Notes: generated by a model not told the origin, from the sequence alone. A DNA stretch of 64,000 nt from Heptranchias perlo (GCF_035084215.1 NC_090352.1:35650001-35714000); one strand, 5' to 3'; shown: positions 49,763-63,140, counted from the stretch's first letter. Made by a program: numbers and translations.

Positions 49763-49960
49763 GTTCAGCCCGGACCTCCACCGTGCCCTGTATTTTACCC
49801 TGAGAAGCAGGAAATACCTGTGCCACCGGATGGACTCTGGGTGCTCCGCTTCCCCTATGCCTACGTTACGGACCGTGGGCCCTGCTTCCCCCCAAAAGAA
49901 AACCAACCGCTGATGAGTTACCGGGTGCAACGGGGGATCCTTAAGGCTGTCCCACAGTGA
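49763..49960 (+). CDS. SMG8: SMG8 exon 4 (last coding exon)
   Basis: VQPGPPPCPVFYPEKQEI...WVLRFPYAYVT...GILKAVPQ*. Acceptor CCTTGCAG. Confidence 0.96.
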   Translation, partial: VQPGPPPCPVFYPEKQEIPVPPDGLWVLRFPYAYVTDRGPCFPPKENQPLMSYRVQRGILKAVPQ

Positions 49961-51044
49961 TGGTGCTTTAGTAACTACGCAATGCTCGTAAAAGAAAAAA
50001 AACTCCTCCTTCTTTCCCCTCATCTCCATCTTTACAGCCAGAGAGATGGGATGGATCGGACGTCGCACTGACCCAAACCAACGGTTAGGGTTGAACAGAA
50101 AGTTCTCCTCGGTGATGTGAATCTTTTCCTCGCCCTAACAGGCCAGGAGTGTCTGCAGAATCAGTTAGCAAAAGCATACATACATTTTCTGAGCGAAACG
50201 ATTAAGGACTTCAATCAAAACAGACCCTAAGACCGTAGGCACTTCCCACTATAGTATTCGTGACTCTGTATGACCGTGAACATCCTGGTAAAATGTGATG
50301 CACTCTATTTCGGTCGAACGTTGCCTTTGGTTGCATAAGGGAAAATCCACATTTTGTTTTCCAGTAAAGTGCCTTCGTCCTGTCATATGATGTGAAGCCA
50401 TATGGCAACACTCCGAGCCCATCGTGGCAGTCAGTAGTAGATGATGCAGTCATTGGTATCAGTAATGTCAGAAGCAAACTCAAAAGGGAAAGCTCAGTAA
50501 TTAAACGAAGGCCCATGGTTTTGGTTGGGAGGTTCTAATGACTACATACTGCTGTTCATAACCTCATCCAAACCCTCAACTGCACTGCAACCTCCAGTAA
50601 CAGCTTCCCATCGTTCTTTAATCTCTCTCATTAGCCTTTACGTAAAACTGGGTTTGGATAGCAGTGAACACTTTAATTTTTGTCTGGTATCCTCCAAGTC
50701 TGTCATGGTGCTGTTAATGACTAAACGCAGTTTTGTCAGCTGATAGCCCCTGCAGTCTGGTCTGGTGAACCCCTAACTGGGCAAATAGTGCTGGGTAGGA
50801 AAGTGCTAACTGGTGTTATGTTTTTACATTGGTGTTCGATCTGTGTCCTTGCACATATTGGTTCAGATTAGTAAATTGTGTTTAAACATTTACACTATGG
50901 TAGCTGTTAAATAGTCCAGTGGCAAACATATCGTGTTTGCCTTCAAAACGCCCCGGGGATTAGGGGTATCTTCGCTTTCAGTTATTGTTGGGTGAGTCTA
51001 AGTATTGAGAGTTCTTTATTTTTCATAAATTAAAGTGATTAAGC

Positions 51045-51410
51045 TCTCTTGATGGCCTTGTGGGTGAAGGTGCTGCCCAGTGTAGTGCTAAGTTGTACAG
51101 ACCAAGAGGTCCCAGTTTCAATCCCTGGTCGATGCTGAGTTGGCCGATTTCAGCCAACAATCAGCCTCTCCCTCCTGAGCTAGGAGTGAGGGGGGGAATC
51201 CACCAGCGTTCCTGTTCCTGATCAATGTCAGGCAACTGCTGCTGGAAAGGGACATTGAGAGCAGGATTGGGCTCGGTTGTGGTGCTCCCCAATCGGGCAT
51301 AAAGCCTCGCTGTCTGGGCTAACACATGAAGAGTGGCTACTTGAGTGAGGGACCAGAGAGCTACTGCTGCCTGTTGAACAGTATCCCAGCACATGGCAGC
51401 AGTTTCAGAA
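51045..51410 (+). mobile_element. tRNA-headed SINE (AmnSINE2-like family)
   Basis: Best-preserved copy of the family also seen at 2735, 4490, 59470 and 61650. Confidence 0.55.
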
Positions 51411-52747
51411 AGGAAGGGATAAAGTGGGGAGAGGGGAATGAGGGCTGGGGGGGGGGGTGGGGGGAGGGTTTAATCCCAGTAGGTGACTCAATGCAATTTT
51501 TTTTATTATATGTTGTTTATTTCTTTCACTTTTTTTAATGTTCCTAAAATATAACTCCCTCTCTTGCATGAACAGTTGAGTGAAATCTCCAGTATCTCGG
51601 GGCAAAGAGTTCCTCGGGTTGATGCTTACCTGGTCCAACAGCATGCTGATAGAGGTCTGACACCAATACGAGTAATAGCTGCACAATGATGATTCAAATG
51701 TTTGAACCGGGAATTTTGATTTGTGAAATCAATTGGCACCTCAGTCAGATGGGAAACGTTTAGGAATTTGTATCAGTCACTACCAAGTGCGCAGGAACGG
51801 GTGATGCTAATTTGTTTTCACTACTGGCTGTCAGGAGTTGCAGTGATGGTCTTCTCCTGGCCAATGGATGCAAGTCAGTTGTAGAAAAAGTGACCCTAAT
51901 TTAACGAGCCCTGCCCTGAGGGACCAGCGCCAGAAATGGTGAAAGAATGGCCAACTTGGTGGTGTTGCAAATGTGACACTCCATTCACGTCCCCAAGAAG
52001 TGTGGAGTGTTGGGGCTGTCTGACCGTTGTCAGCCAGCTATGTTTTGTGACGAAGTTTACCTCTTTTTTGAAGGACCTTTGCTGTCTCGTGCCCTGGAAT
52101 GAGTTTTACCCTCGATTTATGGTGGAGAGCTTGGTCTGGTAATTTGCTTTTGTGGCCAAGAGGGAAGGTCTGAATCTGGAAGCTATTGTGTGGAGGGAGG
52201 TTGGTGGTGGTGGAGGGGAGGTAGAGGGAGGTGTGGAGCCCAGTTTGAGAAATTCACCTGATGTATGCGGTGTTCTTAGTGTTGGTGTTGAAGATATGAT
52301 GTTAACACAACCTCCCGATGGATGTAAATTGCACCTGATGGCAACGTTATCAATTCTCACTTTACAAATCCAAAATTAAAATACTGTTGCAAAAATCTAC
52401 AAGTACAATGCCTCTTGGCTAACTTCTTTCCTGTTCTTGCTCCAGCTGAAACTGGTAGAGCTCATATGCTGCTGAGCCCCTCCAAAGGAGACCAAATTCT
52501 GCTAATTAAGAGTGTGACGAACAGTGGGTTGCTGGTGCTCCTGTACATTGTAGCACAGAGTGATGGAATTTGGGTTTGCCTCCTGAGCAATCACTGTGGG
52601 GTACAATGCTGTGTCCATACAAACCAGAAAATCCAAAGTTTAGTGCCCGAGTTGGCTGACCTTGTGGGCTAGTGGTAGCGAAGTGTGAAGATTTATGTGC
52701 GTAATCCAAACTACATAATGAGTCTTATACAACATTGTTTTTTAATC

Positions 52748-53088
52748 AATTTTTTTCAAAAAATATACTTTATTCATAAAATTTGCAGCAGTACATACAA
52801 TACAGTTGTCATATTACATTCAAAACGTACACAATATAGATTATGCAATTTGCAGGTTACATCAAGTACAGTTCAATGAAACACATTGGACATAATTACA
52901 GTTCATGACACTCTAGGGTGCCTCATTGCATCACAATCAATACAGGTGATTCATTACAGATACATTACAGATTTATTACGGGTACATTACATCAATTTGA
53001 ATTTTACATTCTGCCCGAGGGGGTTTTTCCCTGTTTGCAGCCCCTCGGTATACAATGGTGGGAAGGCTCTAAACGGTTGCCTTTCCCA
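52748..53088 (-). mobile_element. Tx1-like LINE 3' fragment
   Basis: Close copy of 41636-41880. Confidence 0.65.
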
Positions 53089-53384
53089 ATATAATTTATA
53101 ATGATTGGTGTTTTTTTAGTGTCATTTTTGAGAGCTGTCCCCACAATCCTTTAATCTCCCTGTACCACCTGAAGGTGAGAGTGGGTGACTTCCCTGCACG
53201 TCTGTGCCAGTATTGTTTGTCAGTGGCCAGTAGAAGTCACTGCGAGGGGGAGACATTTTGCTATATTAGCATTTCTGAGGTCGCCAGCTCAGCAACCTGG
53301 AGGAGCTGCTCCTGGGAACTGGCTGGAGGCAGCAAGGGTTGGCTAGAGCAGGTTGGCTCCCACTTCCAATAGAGCGTTGTCACT

Positions 53385-53650
53385 TACATCGAGTCTACAG
53401 CACAGAAATGGGCCATTCGGCCCAACTGGTCCATGCTGGAATTTATGCTCCACGTGAGCCTCCTCCCTCCCTATTTCATCTAACTCTATTAGCATATCCT
53501 TCTGTTCCTTTCTCCCTTGTGTGGTTTGCCTCAACTATTTCTTGTGGTAGCATGTTCCACATTCTTACCACTCTTTGGGTAAAGAAGTTTCTCCTGAATT
53601 CCCTCTTGGATTTATTAGTGACAATCTTATATTGATGACCTCTAGTTTTG
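53385..53650 (-). mobile_element. CR1-like LINE 3' end
   Basis: REFRRNFFTQRVVRMWN peptide. Confidence 0.8.
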
Positions 53651-54205
53651 GACCAACAGGTCATCATGCGACTCACACCAGGGTATTAAACACTTCCGAT
53701 TCACACTAAAAACAGAAAGCGCTGGAAATACGCAGAGGTTCTGGTGCATCTGAAAAGAAATGATAGATTAATGGTGTAGAGTCACTGGATGTCATCAATA
53801 TTTAATTCATGTCCAAAGAAGATTTTGCATATGTAGCTCAGAATATTTAATGCAAAAAAAATTAGTATTTGTACTGCAAGTGGATTGTGTGTGCATGCAC
53901 GTGTATGTGTACTTACGCTGCAGTCAGTGATTAACAGGAAGAAAAAGTTGAGATTGTTATCTCACATTTTTGGGGAAAAAATCCGTACATATAGTTATCC
54001 GTCCAAAATAGTCATCATACTTGTGAATCTCTTTGGAATTGTTCACAGTAAATTGGAGGAAAAGCCATTCTATAATGACGGGAGCGTTACACCTTGTAAT
54101 GCAAACTGCTGCTAAGGTTTCGCTATGTTTAATGTGACCTGATCCTTTCAGGCCACAGGGTGTATTTGCTGTAAGTAAACAGAAGCCTGGGATCGGTCAT
54201 GATTT

Positions 54206-55975
54206 AATTGTAAACAATTTTACAACACCAAGTTATAGTCCAGCAATTTTATTTTAAATTCACAAGCTTTCGGAGGCTACCTCCTTCCTCAGGTGAACGA
54301 TGTGAAAATGAAATCCTCGAAATGAAATCGCATTTATAATTCACAGAACAATGCTTGGTGAGTACAGACAGTTTTTTCAACTGCCCGTTGCCAAGGCAAT
54401 CAGTGTGCAGACAGACAGGTGTTACCTGCCAGGTCTCATAGAATATACAAATCACCAAAAAAAAACAACAAACAAAAAAAAACAGAGATAGAGAGGTAGA
54501 AACATAAAAAAGACAGCAACTGACCCGTTATATTAAAAACAGATAACATTTGTTCGCTGGTGGGGTAACATGTAGCGTGACATGAACCCAAGATCCCGGT
54601 TGAGGCCGTCCTCATGGGTGCGGAACTTGGCTATCAATTTCTGCTCGACGATTTTGCGTTGTCGTGTGTCTCGAAGGCCGCCTTGGAGAACGCTTACCCG
54701 AAGGTCGGTGGATGAATGTCCATGACTGCTGAAGTGTTCCCCGACTGGGAGAGAACCCTCCTGTCTGGCGATTGTTGCGCGGTGTCCGTTCATCCGTTGT
54801 CGCAGCGTCTGCATGGTCTCGCCAATGTACCATGCTCTGGGGCATCCTTTCCTGCAACGTATGAGGTAGACAACGTTGGCCGAGTCACAGGAGTATGGAC
54901 CATGCACCTGGTGGGTGGTGTCCTCTCATGTGATGGTGGTATCTGTGTCGATGATCTGGCATATATTGCAGAGGTTACTGTGGCAGGGTTGTGTGGTGTC
55001 GTGGACGCTGTTCTCTTGAAAGCTAGGTAATTTGCTGCGAACGATGGTCTGTTTGAGGTTGGGTGGCTGTTTAAAGGCGAGTAGTGGAGGTGTGGGGATG
55101 GCCATAGCGAGGTGTTCGTCGTCATTGATGACATGTTGAAGGCTGCGGAGAACATGGCGTAGTTTCTCCGCTCCGGGGAAGTACTGGACGACAAAGGGTA
55201 CTCTGTTGGTTGCGTCCGGTGTTAGTCTCCTGAGGAGGTCTATGCGATTTTTTGCTGTGGCCCGTCAGAACTGTCGATCGATGAGTCGAGCGTCATATCC
55301 CGTTCTTACTAGGGCGTCTTTCAGCGTCTGTAGGTGTCCATCGCGTTCCTCCTCGTCTGAGCAGACCCTGTGTATTCGCAGGGCCTGTCCATAGGGGATG
55401 GCCTCTTTGAAGTGGTTAGGTTGGAAGCTGGAAAAGTGGAGCATCGTGAGGTTGTCCGTGGGCTTGCGGTAGAGTGAGGTGCTGAGGTGCCCGTCTTTGA
55501 TGGAGATTCATGTGTCCAAGAAAGAAACTGATTCTGAGGAGTAGTCCATGGTGAGCTTGATGGTGGGATGGAACTTGTTGATGTTATCGTGTAGTCTCTT
55601 TAGTGATTCCTTGCCGTGGGTCCATAGAAAGAAAATGTCGTCGATGTATCTGGTGTATAGTGTTGGTTGGAGGTCTTGTGCAGTGAAGAAGTCCTGCTCG
55701 AACTTGTGCATGAAAATGTTGGCGTATTGGGGTGCGAATTTGGTCCCCATGGCTGTTCCGTGTGTTTTGGTAAAGAACTGGTTATCGAAGGTGAAGACAT
55801 TGTGATCCAGGATGAAGCGGATGAGTTGTAGGATGGCGTCCGGAGATTGGCTGTTGTTGGTGTTGAGTATTGATGCTGTCGCAGCGATGCCGTCATCGTG
55901 GGGGATACTGGTGTATAGTGCCGAGACGTCCATCGTGGTGAGAAGTGTTCCTGGTTCAACTGGTCCGTGGATACT
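54206..55975 (-). mobile_element. Penelope-like retrotransposon, left arm (RT core, GIY-YIG endonuclease, pLTR), 5'-truncated
   Basis: MDVSALYTSIP, GTAMGTKFAPQYANIFM and RYIDD RT motifs. VVYLIRC...WYIGET GIY-YIG motif. In-frame stop at about 55508. Confidence 0.95.
54259..54297 (-). ncRNA. Minimal type I hammerhead ribozyme motif
   Basis: UUCAC-CUGAGGA-AGGAGGUAGCCUCC-GAAA-GC-UU-GUGAA. Confidence 0.8.
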
Positions 55976-55977
55976 GT

Positions 55978-57202
55978 CCCTATGGACAGGCCCTGCGAAT
56001 ACACAGGGTCTGCTCAGACGAGGAGGAACGCGATGGACACCTACAGACGCTGAAAGACGCCCTAGTAAGAACGGGATATGACGCTCGACTCATCGATCGA
56101 CAGTTCCGACGGGCCACAGCAAAAAATCGCATAGACCTCCTCAGGAGACTAACACGGGACACAACCAACAGAGTACCCTTTGTCGTCCAGTACTTCCCCG
56201 GAGCGGAGAAACTACGTCATGTTCTCCGCAGCCTTCAACATGTCATCAATGACGACGAACACCTCGCTATGGCCATCCCCACACCTCCACTACTCGCCTT
56301 TAAACAGCCACCCAACCTCAAACAGACCATCGTTCGCAGCAAATTACCTAGCTTTCAAGAGAACAGCGTCCACGACACCACACAACCCTGCCACACTAAC
56401 CTCTGCAAGACATGCCAGATCATCGACACAGATACCACCATCACACGAGAGGACACCACCCACCAGGTGCATGGTTCATACTCCTGTGACTCGGCCAACG
56501 TTGTCTACCTCATATGTTGCAGGAAAGGATGCCCCAGAGCATGGTACATTGGCGAGACCATGCAGACGCTGCGACAACGGATGAACGGACACCGCGCAAC
56601 AATCGCCAAACAGGAGGGTTCCCTCCCAGTCAGGGAACACTTCAGCAGTCATGGACATTCATGCACCGACCTTCGGGTAAGCGTACTCCAAGGCGGCCTT
56701 CAAGACACACGACAACGCAAAATCGTCGAGCAGAAATTGATACCCAAGTTCCGCACCCATGAGGACGGCCTCAACCGGGATCTTGGGTTCATGTCACGCT
56801 ACATGTTACCCCACCAGCGAACAAATGTTATCTGTTTTTAATACAACGGGTCAGTTGCTGTCTTTTCTATGTTTCTACCTCTCTATCTCTGTTTTTTTTT
56901 GTTTGCTGTTTTTTTTTTGGTGATTTGTATATTCTGAGACCTTGCAGGTAACACCTGTCTGTCTGCACACTGATTGCCTTGGCAACGGGCAGTTGAAAAA
57001 ACTGTCTGTACTCACCAAGCATTGTTCTGTGAATTATAAATGTGATTTCATTTCGAGGATTTCATTTCCACATCGTTCACCTGAGGAAGGAGGTAGCCTC
57101 CGAAAGCTTGTGAATTTAAAATAAAATTGCTGGACTATAACTTGGTGTTGTAAAATTGTTTACAATTGTCAACCCCAGTCCATCACCGGCATCTCCACAT
57201 CA
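55978..57202 (+). mobile_element. Penelope-like retrotransposon, right (inverted) arm: RT thumb, GIY-YIG, pLTR and 3' extension
   Basis: ORF 55945-56841 (PYGQALRIHRVCS...YIGET...EDGLNRD). Reverse complement of 54206-55396. Confidence 0.95.
57076..57114 (+). ncRNA. Minimal type I hammerhead ribozyme motif
   Basis: TTCAC-CTGAGGA-AGGAGGTAGCCTCC-GAAA-GC-TT-GTGAA. Confidence 0.8.
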
Positions 57203-57929
57203 TGATTTAATTGCTGTTTACAGAAGGAAATTTGCATATTGGAAAGTGCTTGTAAATTTTTGGCTCCGGGTCACAGGAACCCAGCATGAAATTCTTGCCT
57301 TTAGATTATTTACATTTGTAATGTCTGAAGTATGCTGAACATGCACTAGATGTAAGACTTTGTCAGATTTATTTTTGTATTATTGGCCATTGTTTAAAGT
57401 AAAAGTACAGTCTATTTCTATTCATTATAAAATAAGGCACCTAATCATAGTATCTAACTTTTTTTTTAAAAGTGCAAATGTTGGAAACCTGAAATTAAAA
57501 AAATTACTGCGATGCATGGAAGATGTGTTTAAAGTCTGAACAAAAAAGACTGGCAACAGTCAGGTGTTGACTGTAAACCTTTTTAATATATAGTTTCATA
57601 CTCATGTGATTCTATGTCTGTATTTTATTTCTGTTGATCAACTTTCAGGCTATACTTTTCATTTAAACAATGCATGTAACCAATAATACCATATGTAACT
57701 GGTATTTTTCATATTGCCTAAATGGTATAGGGTTCTTTTCTCTAACAGTGTGCGGTAACCTAATCTCGATTACTCTTCTCTTGTCAATACCAATTGGAAA
57801 TACATTCCAGCGCTCACTCTCTGCACAAATACTCGCTGAAACCGGAGTAGCTCTCTTTTTTTTTCTTTGCATAAATTAATTTAGAGCCGTGCAAGATTTC
57901 CTTCAGCTCTTAATAAACACCTTAGACAG

Positions 57930-58280
57930 CCCAGGCGCTTGGCGTCTGGCGGTGTAATAATAGATACAACAGATTGATGGATACTCTCGCTTTGTGACAG
58001 GTTGCTGCGCGTGCGTAGATTGTCCTTTTTGTTGGGGGGAGGGGGAGGGGGTGGGGGCAGATTGGATGAGGCGGGGCTGCGCGCGCATGCAAATGTGTCA
58101 ATGGGCGTGTGCGCAACAATCTGCGAAATGTAGCGAGAAACAGGCCAATTGTATCGCGCTCGCAGTGTGTGCGCAGGCGCAGCTGCCGGAGTCTGCCCTG
58201 ACCGGCTCTGGGGAGAAAGGATAAGTGAGAGCCGGAGCTGGTGGCGGCTGTCCGTCCGTCCGACCTTCTCCTCAGTCCCC
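57930..58280 (+). promoter_or_regulatory. GDPD1 CpG promoter with CCAAT, GC-box and NRF1 motifs
   Basis: ATTGG at 58061, GAGGCGGGGC at 58068-58077, TGCGCGCGCA at 58078-58087, CCAAT at 58145 and TGCGCAGGCGCA at 58170-58181. Confidence 0.7.
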
Positions 58281-58313
58281 ACTCGTAACTGTTTATACTT
58301 GATCTTTTTTTAA

Positions 58314-58345
58314 AATATATATATATATATATACACACACGCGCA
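58314..58345. repeat. (TA)n(CA)n microsatellite
   Basis: Read directly; lies between the promoter and the GDPD1 ATG. Confidence 0.9.
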
Positions 58346-58409
58346 CATACGTATATAACGGGAGAGAGCGAGAGGAAAGGCTGCCACTGACTGTAAGGCA
58401 GAGAAAGAA

Positions 58410-58545
58410 ATGTCAGCCGCGCTTTATATTCTCTCCACTCTCGGCGGCTATGTGGTCACCACAGCTTTACTCTTCAAGTGCCCGACTCTGCTGCACAGTA
58501 AGAAGAAACAGAGCTTCAAATGCCGGCATATCTCGCACCGCGGAG
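58410..58545 (+). CDS. GDPD1: Glycerophosphodiester phosphodiesterase domain-containing 1 (lysophospholipase D), coding exon 1
   Basis: MSAALYILSTLGGYVVTTALLFKCPTLLHSKKKQSFKCRHISHRGG matches human YLLSTLGGY...HISHRGG. Donor G|GTAAGT. Syntenic position after SMG8. Confidence 0.93.
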
Positions 58546-59984
58546 GTAAGTGAGCGACAGCGGGACCCCAAGCAGGGATGGACGGTGTATGTACAGGGAA
58601 AAGCTGCCTCTCTTCCCCACCCGAGTATCGGTTAGTGAAGGCTGCGGATTTCCGTGATGGTTTTAACAATAGGAGCTTTGGGGGGTGCGAAGGGGGTTTG
58701 GATTCTTCAGATTGTGGGTTAAAGGTATTTATTCATATCATTTTTTTGTTGTTGTCCTAAACCCATAGTGTGTCGCGGTTGGGCTGTTACTTGCCGCTGA
58801 CAAATGAGAAGTCTTTTTTTTTAGTGTGACTGCGAACTGATTGTGCGGATGGTGAAAGCCGTTTCCAAATGGCACTGCAGTCTCCCCGCCCCGCTCCCAA
58901 TCCCCTAGCAACAAAAACACACACAATCGCCTGATGGGAATCGGGAAACTCTTTCTACACAGGCTGCAGACTGCGGCGGGTTTGGACCACGCTCTGGTTC
59001 ATTGCCAGGTCTCATGAAGCGGTCGCTTCTCAATCCTGCTATCTGATGTCTCACTCCACAACTCCCACGGTCAAGACTACCTTCTTTGCGTGTTCCGAAA
59101 TGATTCCTCCTTTTCGTGGAAGTTAGAATACTGATTGATCCCATTTGTTTTTTTTATTTCTCATCCCATGAAAGGGCACCGGGGACGGTCAGTGGTTAAC
59201 GCAATGCTGTCTAAAGTATGAGAACTTAAGAGGAGGTAAAACCATTCAGCTTTTCACAGACCATGTGCAATTTGCACCGTCATGGTCTGTACCCAAATAT
59301 CCGAGGAAGATGTCATCACTGGCAAAATTTCCCGAGAGAAAAAACTCTTGTGAAATTGCTCTCTGGTTTTCCATGGTAATCTTGCACAACTTTAGAACAA
59401 TCTAACGCTGCAGTTTACATTCTTTATGCTGAGATTCTTCTGATGGGTTCAGGCAGGTTAGCCAGCAACCATCTGAGCCATACAGACTAGGAATATCTTG
59501 GGTTTGACCCTCGATTGGTGCTCTGTTAGCTGATCTCACCTGGGTTGGCAGTAGTGGTGCTACAATTAGCTTCAGTGTCCCTGGGCTAGGCTGGGGAGGA
59601 ATTTGGCCAGAAAGGAGCATCAGTACCCCCCCCCCCCCCCCCCATTGAAAGTGCGTGCGTGGGGAAAGGATGAGGCTCGACTGTGAAGCCCATTGTGTTT
59701 AACGTTCTGGTGCTACTTACTGTCAATTCGTATTGGGTAAGGTACTGAGGACTCCCAGTGTCGGTGCAGCCATGCTGTTGTGGGGAGTCAACAGCTGCAG
59801 GAGAGAAGAGGAGTCAGTGGCTCAATGGGGGAAGAAAATTTCTGCATGCTAAACTGCCAAAGTCAGTGGATAACTTAGGAGGGCAGAAGCATGTGATTCT
59901 TCCCAATTGGGATGGGAGGACAGGCAATTCATGGATATTTCCGGATGATGGCAATGTCTCTTCTTGACTGGGCTGCCGGAGATA

Positions 59985-60665
59985 ACAACAACTTGCATTT
60001 GTATAGTGCCTTTAATGTAGAAAAATGTCACAAATAACTTCACAAAGACATAATCAGAAATAAATGGACGCTGAGCCAAAGAAGGAGATGTTAGGAGGGG
60101 TGATGAAAAGCTTTGTCAAAGAGGTGGATTTTAAAGAAGATCTTAAAGGAGGAGAGGGAGTTGGAAGGTAGAGGGGCCTAGACATGGAATTCCAGAGCGT
60201 GGGGCCTAAGCAGCTGGGCATGGCTGCCAATGGTGGGGCAAAGGGTTGCCCAAAACAGCAAGTTAGAGGAACGGAGAGTTTGGAAGAGTTTTCGGCCTGG
60301 ATGAGGTTACAGAGATAGAGAGGAGTGAAGCCATGATGAGACTGGGACATGATGTCCAATTTAAATTGAAGATGTTGGGGAACTGGGAGCCAACGTAGGT
60401 CAGCTAGGACAGGGAAGATTGGTTAGCAGGACTTGGTGCGGGATAGGGTACGGGCAGCAGAGTTTTGAATGAGCTGAAGTTTATGGAGGATGGGAGGTCG
60501 GCTGGCTGAGCATCAGAATAGTTGAGTAGGAGGTGACAAAGCATGGATGAGGGTTTCAGCAGAAGATGGGCTGAGATAGAGGCAGAGATGGATAATGTTG
60601 TGGAAGTGGAAGTAGGCGGTCTTTGTGATGGAGGTGATATGAGATCGGAAACTTAGCTCAGGGAC
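59985..60665 (-). mobile_element. L2-like LINE 3' fragment
   Basis: ITKTAYFHFHNI...SAETLIHAL peptide and the L2-type tail. Confidence 0.8.
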
Positions 60666-62569
60666 CGAGGATATGTTTGGATGGGATACCCCGTCAGGAA
60701 AACCTAGCAGGTGCCAGAATGCAAATGACAACTGAGACAAAGATGATAGTCCATCACTAGAAACATTATGGCTATTGGACTATGCCTGGCCATTGTTTTC
60801 ACGAAGGTTGCAGTTTTGAGAAAAATCACCATTCCACTTCAACTCTTTCACCTTAAAGGTCCCATCCCACAGCCAGAGTCCATTTATCTTGGCTGTAGGT
60901 ATTTATCCGAGGACCAATGCTGTGCTGTGGATTGGTAAAATATAGCTCCAGATCTCACTGCTCCCCATTCAGTAAGGTATGGATTTCAACTAAGCCTCAT
61001 GAGCGGTTCTGTGGAAGTTGAGAGAAGGAGATTAACCTGTGATAACTCATGTATCTTAGCATACATCCATTATTCATATGTGAGTCTTGATGGGCTATTT
61101 GACTGGGGGAGGGGGATGAATGGGCACAGCCGAGCCTGATTACTTCATCACTTCCAGCAGGGGTTGCTGAAAGGCTGGGCTATTTTCTCCGCGAGCATCC
61201 CGCCCCCAACCCAAGTTTTAAGCCTAACTGAGATCTGCTAACTCAGCACAGACCAGAAAGCTCATACTCATTGAGGCCATTGTGCTAATCTTGGTTAATA
61301 ATATAAATTGTCGTATTAGGTCAATGCAAAGTTTTGCTGGATACCTTGGGTCAGGGAGAAATTCCGCAGGGCTTTATGTTTTACCTGTCGTAACTCGCCA
61401 GCACCCCCCGCCCCCGGCCAAAGGATTTGTGAGTAAGTGGGCAAGAGATGGTGTAGGAAGACCAATGTAAGGGAGGAAAATATATATATATTTTAAAACT
61501 TCATCCTCCTTTCTCTTCCATCTCCAAGCACACTCCAGGCAATGTGGGCAAAGTTTCTGTGAAACACTTTATTTTGACGCTTAAAATTAAGGCCTTTGCA
61601 GCTCCTGCGATGGAACAGCTGGGTGCATGCACTACTTGGAATGGTGTTGAGCCAGACAGGTGAGGAAGGTGGCAGGTTTGTTCCCTGGTTTGTGCTGTGC
61701 TGTGCTGAGTTAGCTGGTCTCGGCCAGGGTAGCAGTGAAACATTATTGCTTCTGGGCGGTGGGGGAAAGAGAATCAGATAGGTTTGCTGAAGTTACTCGT
61801 TCTGCTGTACTGGGACAAATTGAGCATGTGTGGACATTGGCTGGGGTTGGCATTGGGCTTGGCTATAATGCCTCCCTGCTGCAACTCCCAGCCACAGTCA
61901 AATACCTTGCTAACCGTCACTGTTTAGCTTCACATATCATCATTGTCCTCTGCTACCTCACCCAGGTAGCAAATCAGTGCCCAAGGAGCTCCACTTGAGT
62001 GCCTATAGGAGAAGATGAGTAATGGGGAAGAAAACCCAAATCAAACAATGTTCTCGCTCTAGTTTAGCTGCTGAAGGGGTCTGAGCAGTTTATACCTTTG
62101 AAATATATCCAGTTTCTTGGGGAGAATGGAGCTTTGCTCTCGGGGGAGTGAGGGGGGGGAAATCTCTACAAAGTAGAGGGACAAGATGGTATCCAGTGTC
62201 TAATTTTCATGAGGCCCCTCCCCTCACAAACCCATATTGTAATACCTTAATCTGTTGTAATCAATGAACCTGGAACGCAGTCGTCTGTATGATGTGCTTG
62301 CGATGTTTGCTGCTGTTGCACGATCTTCTCGGTACAATAATTCGTATCCTGGAGGATTATTTGCGCAATGGGCTGATTCCGAATATTTCTGCCTGTCTCC
62401 TCTGTGAGGTGCAATAAATGATTGCGATCATCTAACTGGGCAAGTAGTGAAGGCGTGTGTGCGATATCCAGCTGAGACCACCAGTTAAGAGGAAAAGAAT
62501 TATTTTGATCCTATAATTTCTTGGCAATTAGTATCTTGCCAAGTGCCCACATACATGGTCCAACCTATA

Positions 62570-63140
62570 ATGCACAGGATGGAACAGGCAAGATAATTAT
62601 GAATGGGGAAGGCTGTTGACTCCATCTTAGTTCATCCATCCAGAGCGGTCCTGACACCTGCCTTCCCCCCTACCTCATTGTAGCATCCAATTGTTTCTTA
62701 AATAATTCCGGGGATTTTGCCTCTACTGCTCTATCTGGAAGTTTCACACTTTTTAATTGAAGAAGAATTTCCTGATATCGGTCTGAATCTGTGTTGCCTT
62801 GTTCTACTCTCAGTTGAATTTAAAGTAATATTCCGGGTTAACTTTTTTCTATACCCTTAACGACCTTACATACCCTCTCTATAAGATTATCTCTCAAAGT
62901 CTCCTTGTACAGGCCAAGAAGCCCATGTTTCTCTAGTCTTTTCTCATAACACGGACCTCTGAAACTGGGGATCAGTCTTGAGGGTCTTCTCTGCACTGCC
63001 TCCAGCGCTGAAATAGTCCTTGGTGACCAGAACTGGGCACAGTATTTAAGGTGCGACCTGACTAGAGCATTGTACAGTTTCATCATAACCTCCTCTGACT
63101 TGCATTCCACTGTTCTGGCTTTGTAGTTCAACATCCTACC
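62570..63140 (-). mobile_element. Old CR1-like LINE 3' fragment
   Basis: KLYNALVRSHLKYCAQFWSP peptide. Confidence 0.75.

Noticed and set aside
55945-56841. 298-aa ORF as a host gene
   Set aside because: It is a truncated Penelope thumb plus GIY-YIG region whose start is created by the inversion junction.
62284-62478. CpG-richer intronic stretch with ATGATG...CTGA, suggesting a C/D snoRNA
   Set aside because: The C box is imperfect, the terminal stem is only about 3 bp and there is no convincing rRNA guide. An Infernal/snoscan hit would be needed.
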